Assembly (NCBI GenBank): GCA_021432655.1
Contig: MU271443.1
Location: 1-64,000, forward strand
Direction: 5' to 3'
DNA from: Atractiella rhizophila
Lineage: Eukaryota
DNA: 64,000 bases
Of this stretch, positions 51,576-63,421 are shown piece after piece (the first letter of the stretch is position 1; every line of letters starts with the position of its first letter). The notes beneath the pieces are model-generated. The model ran no database searches. It was not told where the DNA came from and saw nothing but the letters and a program-made list of their open reading frames with translations. Both the position numbers and the translations under genes were made by a program.

Positions 51576-52262
51576 ATGGTATCAAAAGTCAAAGCTGGGA
51601 AACAAGTGCAAGACCCTTACTACGGGTGCAGAGGTAAGTTAGCGTGGAAACCGAAAGAGTCTGAATCTGACTATAGTGCCTAGATATCTCTATCCTATGT
51701 GCAGAGACAGCATACAACCTCTTTCCCTTCACTTCATCAATGCAAGAAACTCCATCGTCATCCTTATCAACATGGGTTGTAAGCTTGTTCTTCCCATCGC
51801 AAGGCTTACAAAAGCTGATGTAATAACAGGCATACATGCTGTATAGAACAGCTCTCCCAAATCAAGTCGTTTTTCATGCCCTACACCTTCTCCATCGCAT
51901 ATCCCAATCCTTCCACGCCGCACCAGCAATCTCCTCAATAAGGCACTTCCACGAGCGCCTCCTCCTTTCTTCTTTCATCCTCGCAACCGCATACAACGAC
52001 GACTGCGCCTTCGCGAACTCGTCGTGGAAGATTGCAGCGCAAGACTTATTCACGGTAGCAGAGATCGACGAAATGGAGATGGAGTTTCTCCTCTGCCTTG
52101 GATGTCGATTACGACAAGAAGGAGAGGATCTGAAGAGCATTACACAAGAGGATGAAGCGAAGTGGCTAGCTGGCATTAAGTTGCAGGAGCAGAAGCTGGA
52201 ACAGGTCCGAACAGGAAGATGGCCATTCTCACGACGGCTATCATATGTCGGAGAACAACATC
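51576..52262 (+). CDS. Pcl/Pho80-family cyclin (3' end disrupted by the reversed segment)
   Basis: TATATATAA at ~51483; DPYYG; AYMLYRTALPNQVVFHALHLL; RLLLSSFILA...DDCAFANSSW; EIDEMEMEFL. Confidence 0.8.
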
Positions 52263-54443
52263 GGGGACGGTCTCTCTTGTATAGTTGTAGATGTGACTTT
52301 CCCGCTACGACCCAATCTAAGGCGTTTATAGTATACGTTCGCATACGCGTTCGAGGCCTTATGATGCTGCGGCGTTGGGTGCGGAAAGTTACGCAGGGAG
52401 GAGAGGTGTGAGAGAGCGCAGCGGGTTGCTTAATAGCTTCCTTTTCAATGGACGTTCGGTGGAAGCGATTGACCGTGCTGCGAGCGGAGTATTATTAAGC
52501 GTGGTTTGGTTCCAACGAGTTTGGAGGGTAGGACTTTCAAAGGTTATCCCTAGCTGTTTGAAAGATCTAGGAAAAACAGGAGGAGGAGGAGAGGAAGGAA
52601 AAAAGAGCAAGCCGCTTAGGCACTACTTTTGATGTGCGACCAACCTCTCTACGTGCTGGGGTATACGCAAGACGGGACGAGGTCGCCCTCTTCCATGCCT
52701 CCATCACCTTGTACCTGCCTCTCACTCTAGCTACGGCCGCTACCTCTATTTCTTGAAGAGCAGATTATCTACCGTACAGTTGAGTGGTTAGTTTAAGCTC
52801 TACAACCCCGTCCCCTTTGCGTGAACCATCACCTTGTCCGACGGACAAGTGTCCGCTTTAGTATCAGGTCAAATGGCTGTACAAGCGATTCTACAGAAAC
52901 CTCCGCGTTCTGTTTCATGTTTCCTTTACCGGCTCTACACTACTTTCTCTACAACTAACAGCTAACAGCTTTAGTTAAACGGACGCGCTGATTCGGGCAG
53001 CACAGTGCACTTCGATGTGTTCTACGAAGGTGTTGTGTTGGTGCGGGCGTTTACAGAAAACCCACTTTCTAACAATATCTGCTTCTAGCCCTGTACATCC
53101 TTCTGGTCCTTCTCGACTTTTTCTGTACTGTAAGAGTCGTACTACTCTAACTTACCTTTGAACTTTCAACCCAAATTATCGGGACATCGCTGTCGTGATA
53201 GTAACAGAACAACGTACCAGAGCGAAGATGCCCTAAGACTGCGCTAGACCGTTAATGTCTAGAGTCGGACCCCACAGCCTGGCTCACAAAGGGAAGATGT
53301 GGCATCGGCGCGAGTGTAAAGTTGGAGTCCGTCCGTACGAATGAGGAAGCGAGGAAGCCGTCCGCTGTAACGAGCGACCTAGGAGTACGCATGATAGCCG
53401 GGTAAACCAACGTTTAATTGTCATAGTGCTAACGGGCAGAACACCTCAAGAGTTTATAGCTTAGCTGAAGTTCAAGGTCTTGGGTCTTAGTGGTGTGGCG
53501 AACGTTCGGGTAGAGGGAAGTCGAGGAGGAAGGACTAGGAAGAAGGACCTAGAATGAGTTTGATTCTCCGCTGCATGAGCCTTAGTCAAGTCACTATATC
53601 ACTATCAGTCTTTAACTTCAGCCAACGAACGACAAGAGTGGGGAACTTTCTCAAGCTGGAACACTCAGAGCGAACGTCACAACCGAAGCAAACGTTAACC
53701 GTAGAGTCGGTCGGGGGTTTTGAGAATCAACCCCATACCAACGGGCAAACATAGTGATGTCTCTTTCTTTTGTAGTTAGTTTAACTGTTAAGCACTACCG
53801 TATGTAAAACGTCAAAGCTTCAACTACATGTAGTACAACTTAAAACTGTTCTCGCCTTGTTGTCGGGTTTTTCCTCCATTTATACTTTAGATCCCAGATT
53901 TCGACCAAATAACGAAAATTTTATACTGGCATCTTTTTCTAAGTAAGTCACTCNNNNNNNNNNNNNNNNNNNNNNNNNNNNNNNNNNNNNNNNNNNNNNN
54001 NNNNNNNNNNNNNNNNNNNNNNNNNNNNNNNNNNNNNNNNNNNNNNNNNNNNNNNNNNNNNNNNNNNNNNNNNNNNNNNNNNNNNNNNNNNNNNNNNNNN
54101 NNNNNNNNNNNNNNNNNNNNNNNNNNNNNNNNNNNNNNNNNNNNNNNNNNNNNNNNNGCTCGATGCGGCACCACTGCCAGTTGCCAGCGGCAGTGGAAGT
54201 ATCGTTTCGAGAGGGCCAATACCCGAGAGGCGGAACTCGATCATTACGGATGAGGATTTAGACGTTGCAAGAATCGCACGAGAGGAGGAAGAGCGGGAGA
54301 ACGAGCTCAACGTAGGACCGTCCCCTCCTTGCTAACTCTGAGCTGACTTCCACCTCGCTCAGATGCGACATTCTATCCAGCTAGAGCGTGTGAGACAAGG
54401 TGAACATGGTGGAGACGATAGCATGCCACCGGCGTACAGTTGA
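52262..54443 (+). CDS. WBP2-like (GRAM/PH-like domain + PPxY) protein; 5' exons lie in a reversed, non-complemented segment and the 3' exons follow the gap
   Basis: Reading 52881 to 52451 backwards without complementing gives MSVNWTMISPVNRQPVPLP-NEKFFISI...GVVHLSNQRVVFIT...SLSIPIGNFQDGRFEQPWFGANYYEASVVPVSEGGLQ with GT-AG introns. 54158-54443 ends MPPAYS*. Confidence 0.75.
53954..54157. other. Assembly gap (N run)
   Basis: Run of N. Confidence 1.
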
Positions 54444-54632
54444 AGAATGTAGAAAGCGCAAAGAGGATGCTAAAAGAAGGAACCGAATGGGTCCCGTGTG
54501 AAATCTTGAAATAAGTTGTTGTGTGTTCGCTTTACGTGTAGTGTCTGCAGTTTGCAAATTTGAATTTCATCAAATACATGCTCGGAAGCTCGAAAGGTAC
54601 ACTTCAAAATAAGCACAACACGACAATATAGT

Positions 54633-56634
54633 CTAGAACGCAACCTTGCGTTTTCTGCCTGTATATCTAGATAGGTAGCATTGATCAGTTGACATTGCAA
54701 CACCAGAGCCAGGGAAAACCTACTTCGAATCTCTTGGTACCCCTTCCTTCCCTTTCTTCCGATACAAATCCTTTCTTACGCAGGATCCAATCCCGATCCT
54801 TATTTTCGGATTTTGCAGCCTTTCCCTTCCCCAACACCTTCAAACGTCTCTCACGATCTCGTTGACGACCTGCGTTCTTGACTCGCTCGCCCTCGTTCCT
54901 TGAATCTGCAACATCGGACAAAGCTTGTGGAAGAGCATGTGTTGTTTCGGATACACTGATTGAAAACGAGTGATCAGCACGTCGCCATTAGTTGAGAATA
55001 CAAAGGAACACCCTGCCCAAAGCACCAAATAATATTTCCTCCTCTTCGAGCTCTCCGGATAATCAACGACGAGTCCGCCACCAAAACCAGCCTTCTCAGC
55101 AAAACCCATTATGAACTGGCACTGCTCATCGTTCTCAGGATAGAATTGCAACACTGCACGGGCGCCGCGTTTGAGCGAAGAATAGAGGGTGGTGAAGAAA
55201 AGGGACAGGCGTTGAGGCGGCGAGGACGTGGAAGTGTCGCTCGTGCACAACCATTGGACACAGGAGACTGAAATCGCACCGTCGAACACGCCGGGTCGGA
55301 ATCCAAACCCTTGACCGATGTCTTGGAGGAAGAGGTCGCCTGTCACCTCGTTTTCGAGGGCTACTTCTAGAAAATCCAGGGAAGGATTGTGTCAGATTAA
55401 AATCCTGCAGTTATGTTGGTACTCTGTATGGTTTCTGTGAAAAGTTCTTTATGCTGAGGCTCATTTGCTCATGGAGTCGGACGAAGTCGAACTTCAGCCT
55501 TGCCCCAAACGGATCTTTGTAGTCGATATATGAACATCAACTGCTACGAGGATCCCCGTTGGAGCAGTCAGATGAGTCAGCATGGTCAATATGACTTTGA
55601 GAAGCAGTTCGAATACAGAAGTGCAAGAGTTTTTTCAGCGAGCTCGTTTTGTGGAGCTTTCTGTTGCTCGCTGATGAAGATCACGTTGAGGGTATGGATA
55701 CTACTGAGCATAATACCTGCCAAGCGTTACTAAAATAGCACATAGCAGACTTGTGATTCAGTTTGATATCGACAAATTGAACAACCGCGACTCTAACTCT
55801 GTGCAGTCTTTGATGCGACGTCCTTCGTGGTCATCATGACTACTGCACTCAGGCACTGGCTCGGCAAAACAAATTGAACGACACGGTAACAATGTAGGTT
55901 TAATTCTGAGGGAAAGAGGCTGTTTGAAAATTCGAAAGAAAATATCGGCACTGCTCTTGCAGCCCATGAGCTTGTCACGACATTTTCATGAATTGATCAA
56001 TGTAGCTACTTTAATCCAGAGTGTATATAGTGGATATTCAGCAAGTGGTTTGCTGTGTAATCTAAAGTGGGTAGTAGAGATGGTACGAGAGGCACAATAT
56101 CAATGGGTCAAAGGACGGGTGCAGTCAGCTTGAGAAGGTGTGAAAACGAATCCATTCTCGATAGCAGAAAACATAAATTTTTCTGAAACAAAGCATTCTA
56201 CCCATCACTTGGAAGGAAGAGAACATACCTAACATCCCACCACTAATGTCCACTCCAACCCACTCATGTCCTCCGTCTGTCAAAATATCACCACTAAGTC
56301 CACTCCCACATCCAATATCCAACAACAAGCTCGGTTTGTACCTCACTTCCTCATCCTCTTCCTCATCGCCTTCCTCCACATCCATCTCTTCATCCTCGTC
56401 TATCTCCTCTGCACCTCCTTCTCCATCCTCCTGCATCTCTGCATCTTTTGAGATAGGAGGAGAAGACTTTAGTTCTTTCGGTTTAGGAGGCAATCGTGGT
56501 AAATTGAGCAGCTCTAGACACCTCTCTGCGAGCTCGGCTTGGATGTAGCGTATTCGGCTGGATTGTGAGTATTTGAGTGCCTCTGTTGCAGAGTAGAAAA
56601 CGGAAGCTGGCGCGAGGTGTTCAGGCCGCGACAT
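54633..56634 (-). CDS. BUD23: 18S rRNA m7G methyltransferase Bud23
   Basis: MSRPEHLAP, LLDIGCGSGLSG, DIGQGFGFRPGVFDGAISVS, QFYPEN, AGFGGGLVVDYP, WILRKK, YTGRKRK; includes an 862-nt intron at 55367-56228. Confidence 0.95.
55410..56180 (+). ncRNA. Candidate long structured ncRNA antisense within the BUD23 intron (telomerase-RNA-like hypothesis)
   Basis: At least seven stems, several with G-U pairs that form only on the + strand; unpaired CTCTAACTCT at 55791-55800 between two stems. Ends are not defined. Confidence 0.45.
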
Positions 56635-56767
56635 GGTGTGACGGATGTAAGAGAAGCGCTACGATTATCCAAGCAAGCTGCTCTTGTGTTCTACACGGAG
56701 GGAAGATTTTGTTTTGATCGGGATGTGCGAAATGCGACACATCATCTTGTCCCTTCATCAACCTCCC

Positions 56768-56777
56768 GAAAATTTTC
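56768..56777. promoter_or_regulatory. RRPE-like motif (GAAAATTTTC) in the BUD23/NOC2 bidirectional promoter
   Basis: Motif lies within the 215 bp between two divergent ribosome-biogenesis genes. Confidence 0.45.
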
Positions 56778-56849
56778 TGAGCGAGTATAAAGTGAAGGAA
56801 AGGACTGTGAGGAAGCCAGAGGAAGCATTACCCCGTCCTTGCTGTCTAG

Positions 56850-59267
56850 ATGGCCGTCACTAAACCCAAGCCCAACTCACGTCCCCGTGGGCAGGGCAGC
56901 TCTTCTGGTGGGAAGATGAAGAAGTCAACGAAACGGTTCCAAGCCAAGCAGTTAGGAGGGGTCATCAAGGCCAGGAAGAAGGCACAAGAGTTCAAGAGGA
57001 AGGTGGACAGGAGACAACTGCTGAGGAATAAGGGGAAGGGAAAGGAAAAGCAGGAGGTAGAAGACGGCGGAGAGGACGCGTGAGTTTTATTTTCGTTGGT
57101 TCGGGAGAGGAAGAGGGTTGAGCATTTATTCTGCAGGGAGGTGGATGATGAAGACGAAGACTTGATGGATGTCGATAAGTTGCTGGAAGGCAATTTTTCG
57201 GACGACGAAATCTCGAACCGTAAAAAACCTGGAAAAGGCAAAGCAAAGGCTGAGCCTGTGGCTCCAGCTTCCGAGGACGATGATGAGGAGGAAGAAGACG
57301 ACGATCTAGCGGATCTCCCGGATGCAGAAGCAGCCCATATCAACACTCTTCAAGGACTGGCTACCAAGGATCCAGAGTTCTATAAGTATCTACAGGAGCA
57401 CGATGCCGATTTGCTAAACTTTGGCCTCGAGTCGGATGGAGGTGCGAGGTTCAGTTTACTGTCTAGGAAGATGTATAGGCTAATTATGACACAGATAACG
57501 AAGAGGATGAGGATGAGCAGGAAGAGGAGCAGCCAAAAAGCAAGAAGCGTAAACGCTCGGATGAGGAGGACGAGGAGCAAGTCCTCACGCTGTCTACCGT
57601 CCGTAACTGGCAGCGATCCATTCTCAAGGCAAACTTCTCTCCCTTATTCTTCGTCCGCTACTCATGAAGAGAGATTAGACGCGTTCCCTCAAATCACTCC
57701 GCTCCCTCCTTCAAGCTTTTCGGTCCGCTTCCCTTCCCACAAACACTACCACCACCCAGCCTTCTCTCTACACCATCCAATCTCCAGTCGTATACAGCAA
57801 AGTCCTCCGCACCTCTCTCGCCTACACCCCCGTCGTCCTCTCCACCCACTACCCACCCAAAACGCACGCATCCGGAAAAGTGACCGTGAAACAAAATGCG
57901 CACACGAGCAAGATCGCAAAGTCCTACTTCTCCTCTCTCCTCTCTTTATGGCCTACCCTGTCGGATGCTGACTTGAAGAGATTCGCGGTTGTGAAGGGTG
58001 GCGAAATGGCTCCGTGGCTTGGAGGTGGGAGGAATAAGAGGGAGTGGATCAGATTGCTTGTCCCCAACGCGACACGGAATAGCCTCCGGTCCCTCTACTG
58101 TTATCTGGTCTTCAGATACGACACCCGCTAAACGGTACACATTTGTAGGATAGCGTAAGTAGAGTTACATGGAAGTAGCGACATCCTTTCTTCAAACTTG
58201 AGTGGAACACAAAGGGAACTTATCGAACAGCCTCGTGGTTGCGCTAAACAGCTTATATGGGTATGCGATCGACTATTCACAGGGGGAGGTAGGGAGGGAG
58301 GCAGTAGCACTTATCAAGCCGCCGTCTTAAGAAGTACTCTAACTATACGCCTTCTCATACCTGCAACCAAAAGAACGTAAACGAGTGTTTTCGGCATATT
58401 TACCGGACGCGGTTAAGTATAGTTAGCAGTTCGTGTCAACTCTACTTTCTCTAACGCTGCTTGTCTGTTCTAAAGGAGAGAGCGAAAGGGAAGACTGCTC
58501 GAGTCGTAGAAGGAATATCGCTGCTCTCGCCTGGTGAAAGTGAAGTAGGAGGGGGAGAACTGAGGTTCGTAGTNNNNNNNNNNNNNNNNNNNNNNNNNCG
58601 TTATTTTTCTAATTTCTATCCCAAGCCGATTTACGATTCCGCAAACAGACTCGTGCCCACTTCCCGCTACCATCCCTTTCGTCTCCATGTCCTCCACTCC
58701 TTCCTCCGCCTCGTCCAACGCACGGGGACCTTCATACCCCTTGCTCCATTCATCATTTCCGTCCTTTCATCCCCCGAAATCTCGAGCGGGAAAAACAGCA
58801 CTCTCAAGCCACTCCCGTTCAATTTTATCGTCAAGGCTCCACAACAGTATTCAAAGACGCGAGTATACGGTGACGGATTACTTGAAGAGGGAACATACTT
58901 CCTCGCCGAATACCTCGCCGCTCTCTCCCCGAATGTCGCCTTCCCCGAACTCGTAATTCCCATCCTGATTACGCTCAGGAAAGCATTGAAGAAGACTCGG
59001 AATCCGAAATACACTGCGAGTATCAAACCGTTGGTGGAGAAGATTGAGGCGAACGTGAAAGTGGTGGAAGAGAAGAGGAGAGAGGTGGAATTTTCGCCCA
59101 GCGATAGGGCCGAACTGGTCAGGTGGAAGCGGGAAGAAGAGGCGGAGAAGACACCACTAGGCGTGTGGGTGAAGACACTGAGGAAGCAGAGGAGAAGACG
59201 AGAGGAAATTCTGGAGAAAGCGGCGAGGGAAGGAGGGGCGGATGTGGATGCAATGGAGGAAGAGTAG
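56850..59267 (+). CDS. NOC2: Nucleolar complex protein Noc2 (middle portion reversed in the assembly)
   Basis: KDPEFYKYLQEHDADLLNF; reversed block gives TLPHINLMKNSAAELF and VYTWQ..HSIDFWS; RLVPTSRYHPFRLH; AFPELVIP; TPLG. Confidence 0.92.
58574..58598. other. Assembly gap (25 N)
   Basis: Run of N. Confidence 1.
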
Positions 59268-59515
59268 ATTCTATCTGATTGGTTTTATATTGTGTTTCAA
59301 CTATAGCAAGCTTTGAAGCGAGCCGATGATACGGTATACTTGTCGCACTGCTTTTGGTACCAAAAGAGAGTGACGTTAATAGTCACAGTGAGGGAACATG
59401 GAAGAGAACAAATGTGACTGCTTCTTATGCTTATTTTGCATTGGGATCAATATTGACAAATTCGGTTACATCAACATTTTACAGACTGACCACAGTTACA
59501 ACGTTTGAGTACCCC

Positions 59516-60493
59516 TTACTTCATGTCGTCTGTAGGGAACTTCATAAACATATCCTGTGACCATTAAAAATAATGAATTCGGCGTCAACAAAGTAGAGTT
59601 AAGATAAACGCACCTTCAATTTATCGATGGGAAGAGCCATAAACCCAGCCAGCGTTTCCAAGGGAGGTTTGTTGGGAGCGCTAGGGTGCGCACTTTAACC
59701 ATTCATCAGCTTCCTGTCCTTGGGGAAAGAATGCAATGACGAACTGAGTCGGCGCAAATTTCTTCGTTCGCCTGAAACTGGCTGCCGCAGATTGACTAGC
59801 CTCTTGTCCCAGCTTCTCCTCCAAAGATGGGAGATCGTTGAGCTCCTCAGAGTTGTTGTGCTCCTGCAAATGTTCCATGATCTCTAGAAGGAGATTGTCG
59901 TATTCTGCGGTCCCAACTTTCATGCGTTCGAGCTTGTAAATTCTTTCCTTGACTTTCTAGAGTTGCATCACACCAAGCTTCAGATTGGGGAAGCAAATAG
60001 GTGGTGGAGAGTATGCACGAACCTGATGGTCTGCGCGATCTTCAGCCGCAAACTTTTTCCCTTCTGCTCCTAAATGCTTCTCCATCAAAGGATAGACCAC
60101 AATTTCTTCACCGACGGCATGACGGGCGACTTCCCAGCACAACTGATTGGCCCATCTATTTCAGAAATATCAGTACGGAATTCCCAAACAGAAGTGGGAG
60201 AACGAACCTCGTTTTGTGATCCGTGCTATCAGCCGTCACGTAATTGTCATAATACTCGTACATCTATAGCCATATTAGTCGTGCAAATTTCATTGGTCTG
60301 GAAACAAATGGACCTCAGCATGATCTTCTTTGATCCCACTCGTGAGATGACCTCCTTTGGTCGAATCCGTCGTTTTGAATTTCCTAGTACTGGTTGCCAT
60401 AGTTCGATAAATTGGGAATGCAACAACACCTTTCGAGTTGCTAGAAACAAAAGTCTGGCGAAGGACTGGGCGGAGAGCAGCACGAAGAGACAT
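59516..60493 (-). CDS. Hemerythrin/HHE cation-binding domain protein
   Basis: IKEDHAE, WEVARHAVGEEIVVYP, DRADHQ, HLQEHNNSEE..DLP, APTRAHPSAPNKPP. Confidence 0.88.
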
Positions 60494-60630
60494 GTCGTAG
60501 ACGAGCTTTCTGGGCCTTTTAAGCAGCAGTTCGGGAGACCCGCATAAAAGAAGACAGCTCATTGGCTGGTTGACGACAAGTGAGCACAAGTGATTCAGAT
60601 TCAGAAACCCGGATCGCCTCAGGGATCGCT

Positions 60631-60729
60631 TGACAGCTTGACATCGTTTGACGTCATACTCCAGAGAGACAACAGCATCTCTGACATTTCAACAACTCCT
60701 CGCACTGTGACGCGTGACGCGTGACATCA
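60631..60729. promoter_or_regulatory. Cluster of TGAC half-sites including a perfect CRE (TGACGTCA)
   Basis: TGACGTCA at 60649; TGACGCG-TGACGCG-TGACATCA at 60708-60729; further TGAC at 60631, 60639 and 60682. Confidence 0.45.
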
Positions 60730-61346
60730 CCAGCATCACCACTGGTTAGCGTTTTAACACTGCGTTGAAGACAGGTATCAACCGGGAACCAAAGAGTAAA
60801 TTAGCATCGTAAGAACGAGTCACACTTGTACGTTTGATGGATAGATAGGAGAGTCTGATATCCTGAGGTCTGACACCATGCATTCAGGCTGCGGAGAGGC
60901 TCGGACGGCGGCGCAGAAGAGGCAATCACGTTTGCATTTATCGATTATTGTAATATCAGTGATACTATCGATTGTGGATCACTCAATCACCAACTGAGAA
61001 AGTAATGGGGTAACATATTCTGTCACCAATGTTGAATGTGCGCAGAGAAGGGGGTTCAAAGAGAATAGACCATCATTTCTTTAGGGAAGAAACGGGCTTA
61101 CATGAAGATGAAGTGAATCAATTTGACAGCACTGACGCTGCATTCCTGCCTTTTCTGGCGAAGTCTGCAAGGATACCATGGAACTTGGAGAAAGAGGGAG
61201 AGTCTACGACTTTGTCACTTTTATACAATTGTTTCTGATTTTGGCAATCTAAGCGGTTTGAACACACAGTCCCTGCGAAGGTCACAACAAACAAGCATCC
61301 ATGAAAAGAAGACAGGATGAGCACACACCGGTGGAGCCCTAAAGCC

Positions 61347-63421
61347 CTACAGTTCCGCATCATCCATCTCCTGATCTTCCAGACCAAGCCGATTGACCCT
61401 CTCCACCAAATCCTCATCAAGGAGCTCATCGGTATTGATCTTTGGGATGTCCTCATCGTCCCCATCACCGCTCACACTTTCCATCTCGACGTCCCCTCCC
61501 TTCTTGTCCTTCTTATCGACTTCCATCCCATCCTCTTTCTTCTTCTTGAACAATTGAATGTTCGCTCTCAGATCTTCATCCTCCTCCAAATCCTGCAAGA
61601 ATCGCTCATAATCGTCATCCTGTCGTTTCTCTTCCCCTCTATCCCTTCCTCGTCCAGCTGCNNNNNNNNNNNNNNNNNNNNNNNNNNNNNNNNNNNNNNN
61701 NNNNNNNNNNNNNNNNNNNNNNNNNNNNNNNNNNNNNNNNNNNNNNNNNNNNNNNNNNNNNNNNNNNNNNNNNNNNNNNNNNNNNNNNNNNNNNNNNNNN
61801 NNNNNNNNNNNNNNNNNNNNNNNNNNNNNNNNNNNNNNNNNNNNNNNNNNNNNNNNNNNNNNNNNNNNNNNNNNNNNNNNNNNNNNNNNNNNNNNNNNNN
61901 NNNNNNNNNNNNNNNNNNNNNNNNNNNNNNNNNNNNNNNNNNNNNNNNNNNNNNNNNNNNNNNNNNNNNNNNNNNNNNNNNNNNNNNNNNNNNNNNNNNN
62001 NNNNNNNNNNNNNNNNNNNNNNNNNNNNNNNNNNNNNNNNNNNNNNNNNNNNNNNNNNNNNNNNNNNNNNNNNNNNNNNNNNNNNNNNNNNNNNNNNNNN
62101 NNNNNNNNNNNNNNNNNNNNNNNNNNNNNNNNNNNNNNNNNNNNNNNNNNNNNNNNNNNNNNNNNNNNNNNNNNNNNNNNNNNNNNNNNNNNNNNNNNNN
62201 NNNNNNNNNNNNNNNNNNNNNNNNNNNNNNNNNNNNNNNNNNNNNNNNNNNNNNNNNNNNNNNNNNNNNNNNNNNNNNNNNNNNNNNNNNNNNNNNNNNN
62301 NNNNNNNNNNNNNNNNNNNNNNNNNNNNNNNNNNNNNNNNNNNNNNNNNNNNNNNNNNNNNNNNNNNNNNNNNNNNNNNNNNNNNNNNNNNNNNNNNNNN
62401 NNNNNNNNNNNNNNNNNNNNNNNNNNNNNNNNNNNNNNNNNNNNNNNNNNNNNNNNNNNNNNNNNNNNNNNNNNNNNNNNNNNNNNNNNNNNNNNNNNNN
62501 NNNNNNNNNNNNNNNNNNNNNNNNNNNNNNNNNNNNNNNNNNNNNNNNNNNNNNNNNNNNNNNNNNNNNNNNNNNNNNNNNNNNNNNNNNNNNNNNNNNN
62601 NNNNNNNNCCATCAGCAAAAAATCTAGAACAATAGGTAGAAAAAACGAACTTTCCGGGAATGGTGCTCATGAGAAACTCCACCATCTTGTTCGCATGTTG
62701 TTTCGAAGCATAGTGAAAATCCAACCCATTCTTCACCTCTTTCACACTCAACGTATTCTGATCGGCGTTTTGCTTCAAGATCAATTGCTCGAGGTACAGA
62801 AACGTCCGTTTGTGATCGACTTTTTGGGGACTTGTACGATTGATTTCCAAGTCTGTTTTGAAGCGAGGCGGGCACAGTCGCCACATTGCGTATGGGCCAC
62901 GACAAACTCGACTTCGAAAAATTTGTTGCAAAACACAGTGGAAGTCAAAACCTTTGTTTTTGCAAAATAGCCGTTGAACACCGTTTTGCTTAGTGAGATG
63001 AGCAAATACGCACTTCCTTTTGAACAGTTAATTTCACTCGCAATCGCTTGCTATGCGGTTCAGTCCAAATGAACCCTGCATCAATCAGCCTGATCTTATT
63101 CAATCCTTTCAGCCGTCTGAGACAAATTGCCAACAACTCTCTTGACTCGAGTTCAGCGGGTAGCCAAGATTGAGGAGGTGAGAGATAGCGGTTGCAGTTC
63201 TTGCAGTAGGAGATAGAAGACTGTTTGGGTATCTCAGATGTGATATCGACGCTAGTTCTACAGTCAACCAGATATTTGGGTGGCAAGAGAAGAAAAACAT
63301 GCCTGCTCCGTAAGCAGTTCACACAGAGGCCAGCACTATTGGGCTCGATAAGGGTTCCACAGTCAGCGCAAAGGATGTAGGACTGCTGGGGTTGGGCGGG
63401 AGGGACGTATGCAGTGGTCAT
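61347..63421 (-). CDS. NMD3: 60S export adaptor Nmd3 (interrupted by an N gap)
   Basis: ILCADCGTLIEPNSAGLCVNC, ELESRELLAICL, DAGFIWTEPHSKRLRVKL, KRTFLYLEQLILK, DYERFLQDLEED. Confidence 0.95.
61662..62608. other. Assembly gap (N run)
   Basis: Run of N. Confidence 1.

Noticed and set aside
53887..54310. ORF-track entries spanning N runs (also 61317-62931)
   Set aside because: Artefacts of translating N.
55410..55625. snR30/U17 H/ACA snoRNA on the - strand (AAACCAT followed by ACA)
   Set aside because: The m1 motif (AUAUUCCUA) is absent, the m2-to-ACA spacing is too long, and G-U pairing favours the + strand.
55758..55838. Box C/D snoRNA on the - strand (ATGATGA...CTGA)
   Set aside because: No terminal stem or recognisable rRNA guide; the boxes lie inside stems better explained on the + strand.
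62609..63000. Frameshifts in NMD3 (and similar ones in BUD23 near 54780-54960) as pseudogenisation or recoding
   Set aside because: Conserved housekeeping genes; the indels lie near assembly gaps and at least partly in homopolymers, so low-quality consensus is the simpler explanation.
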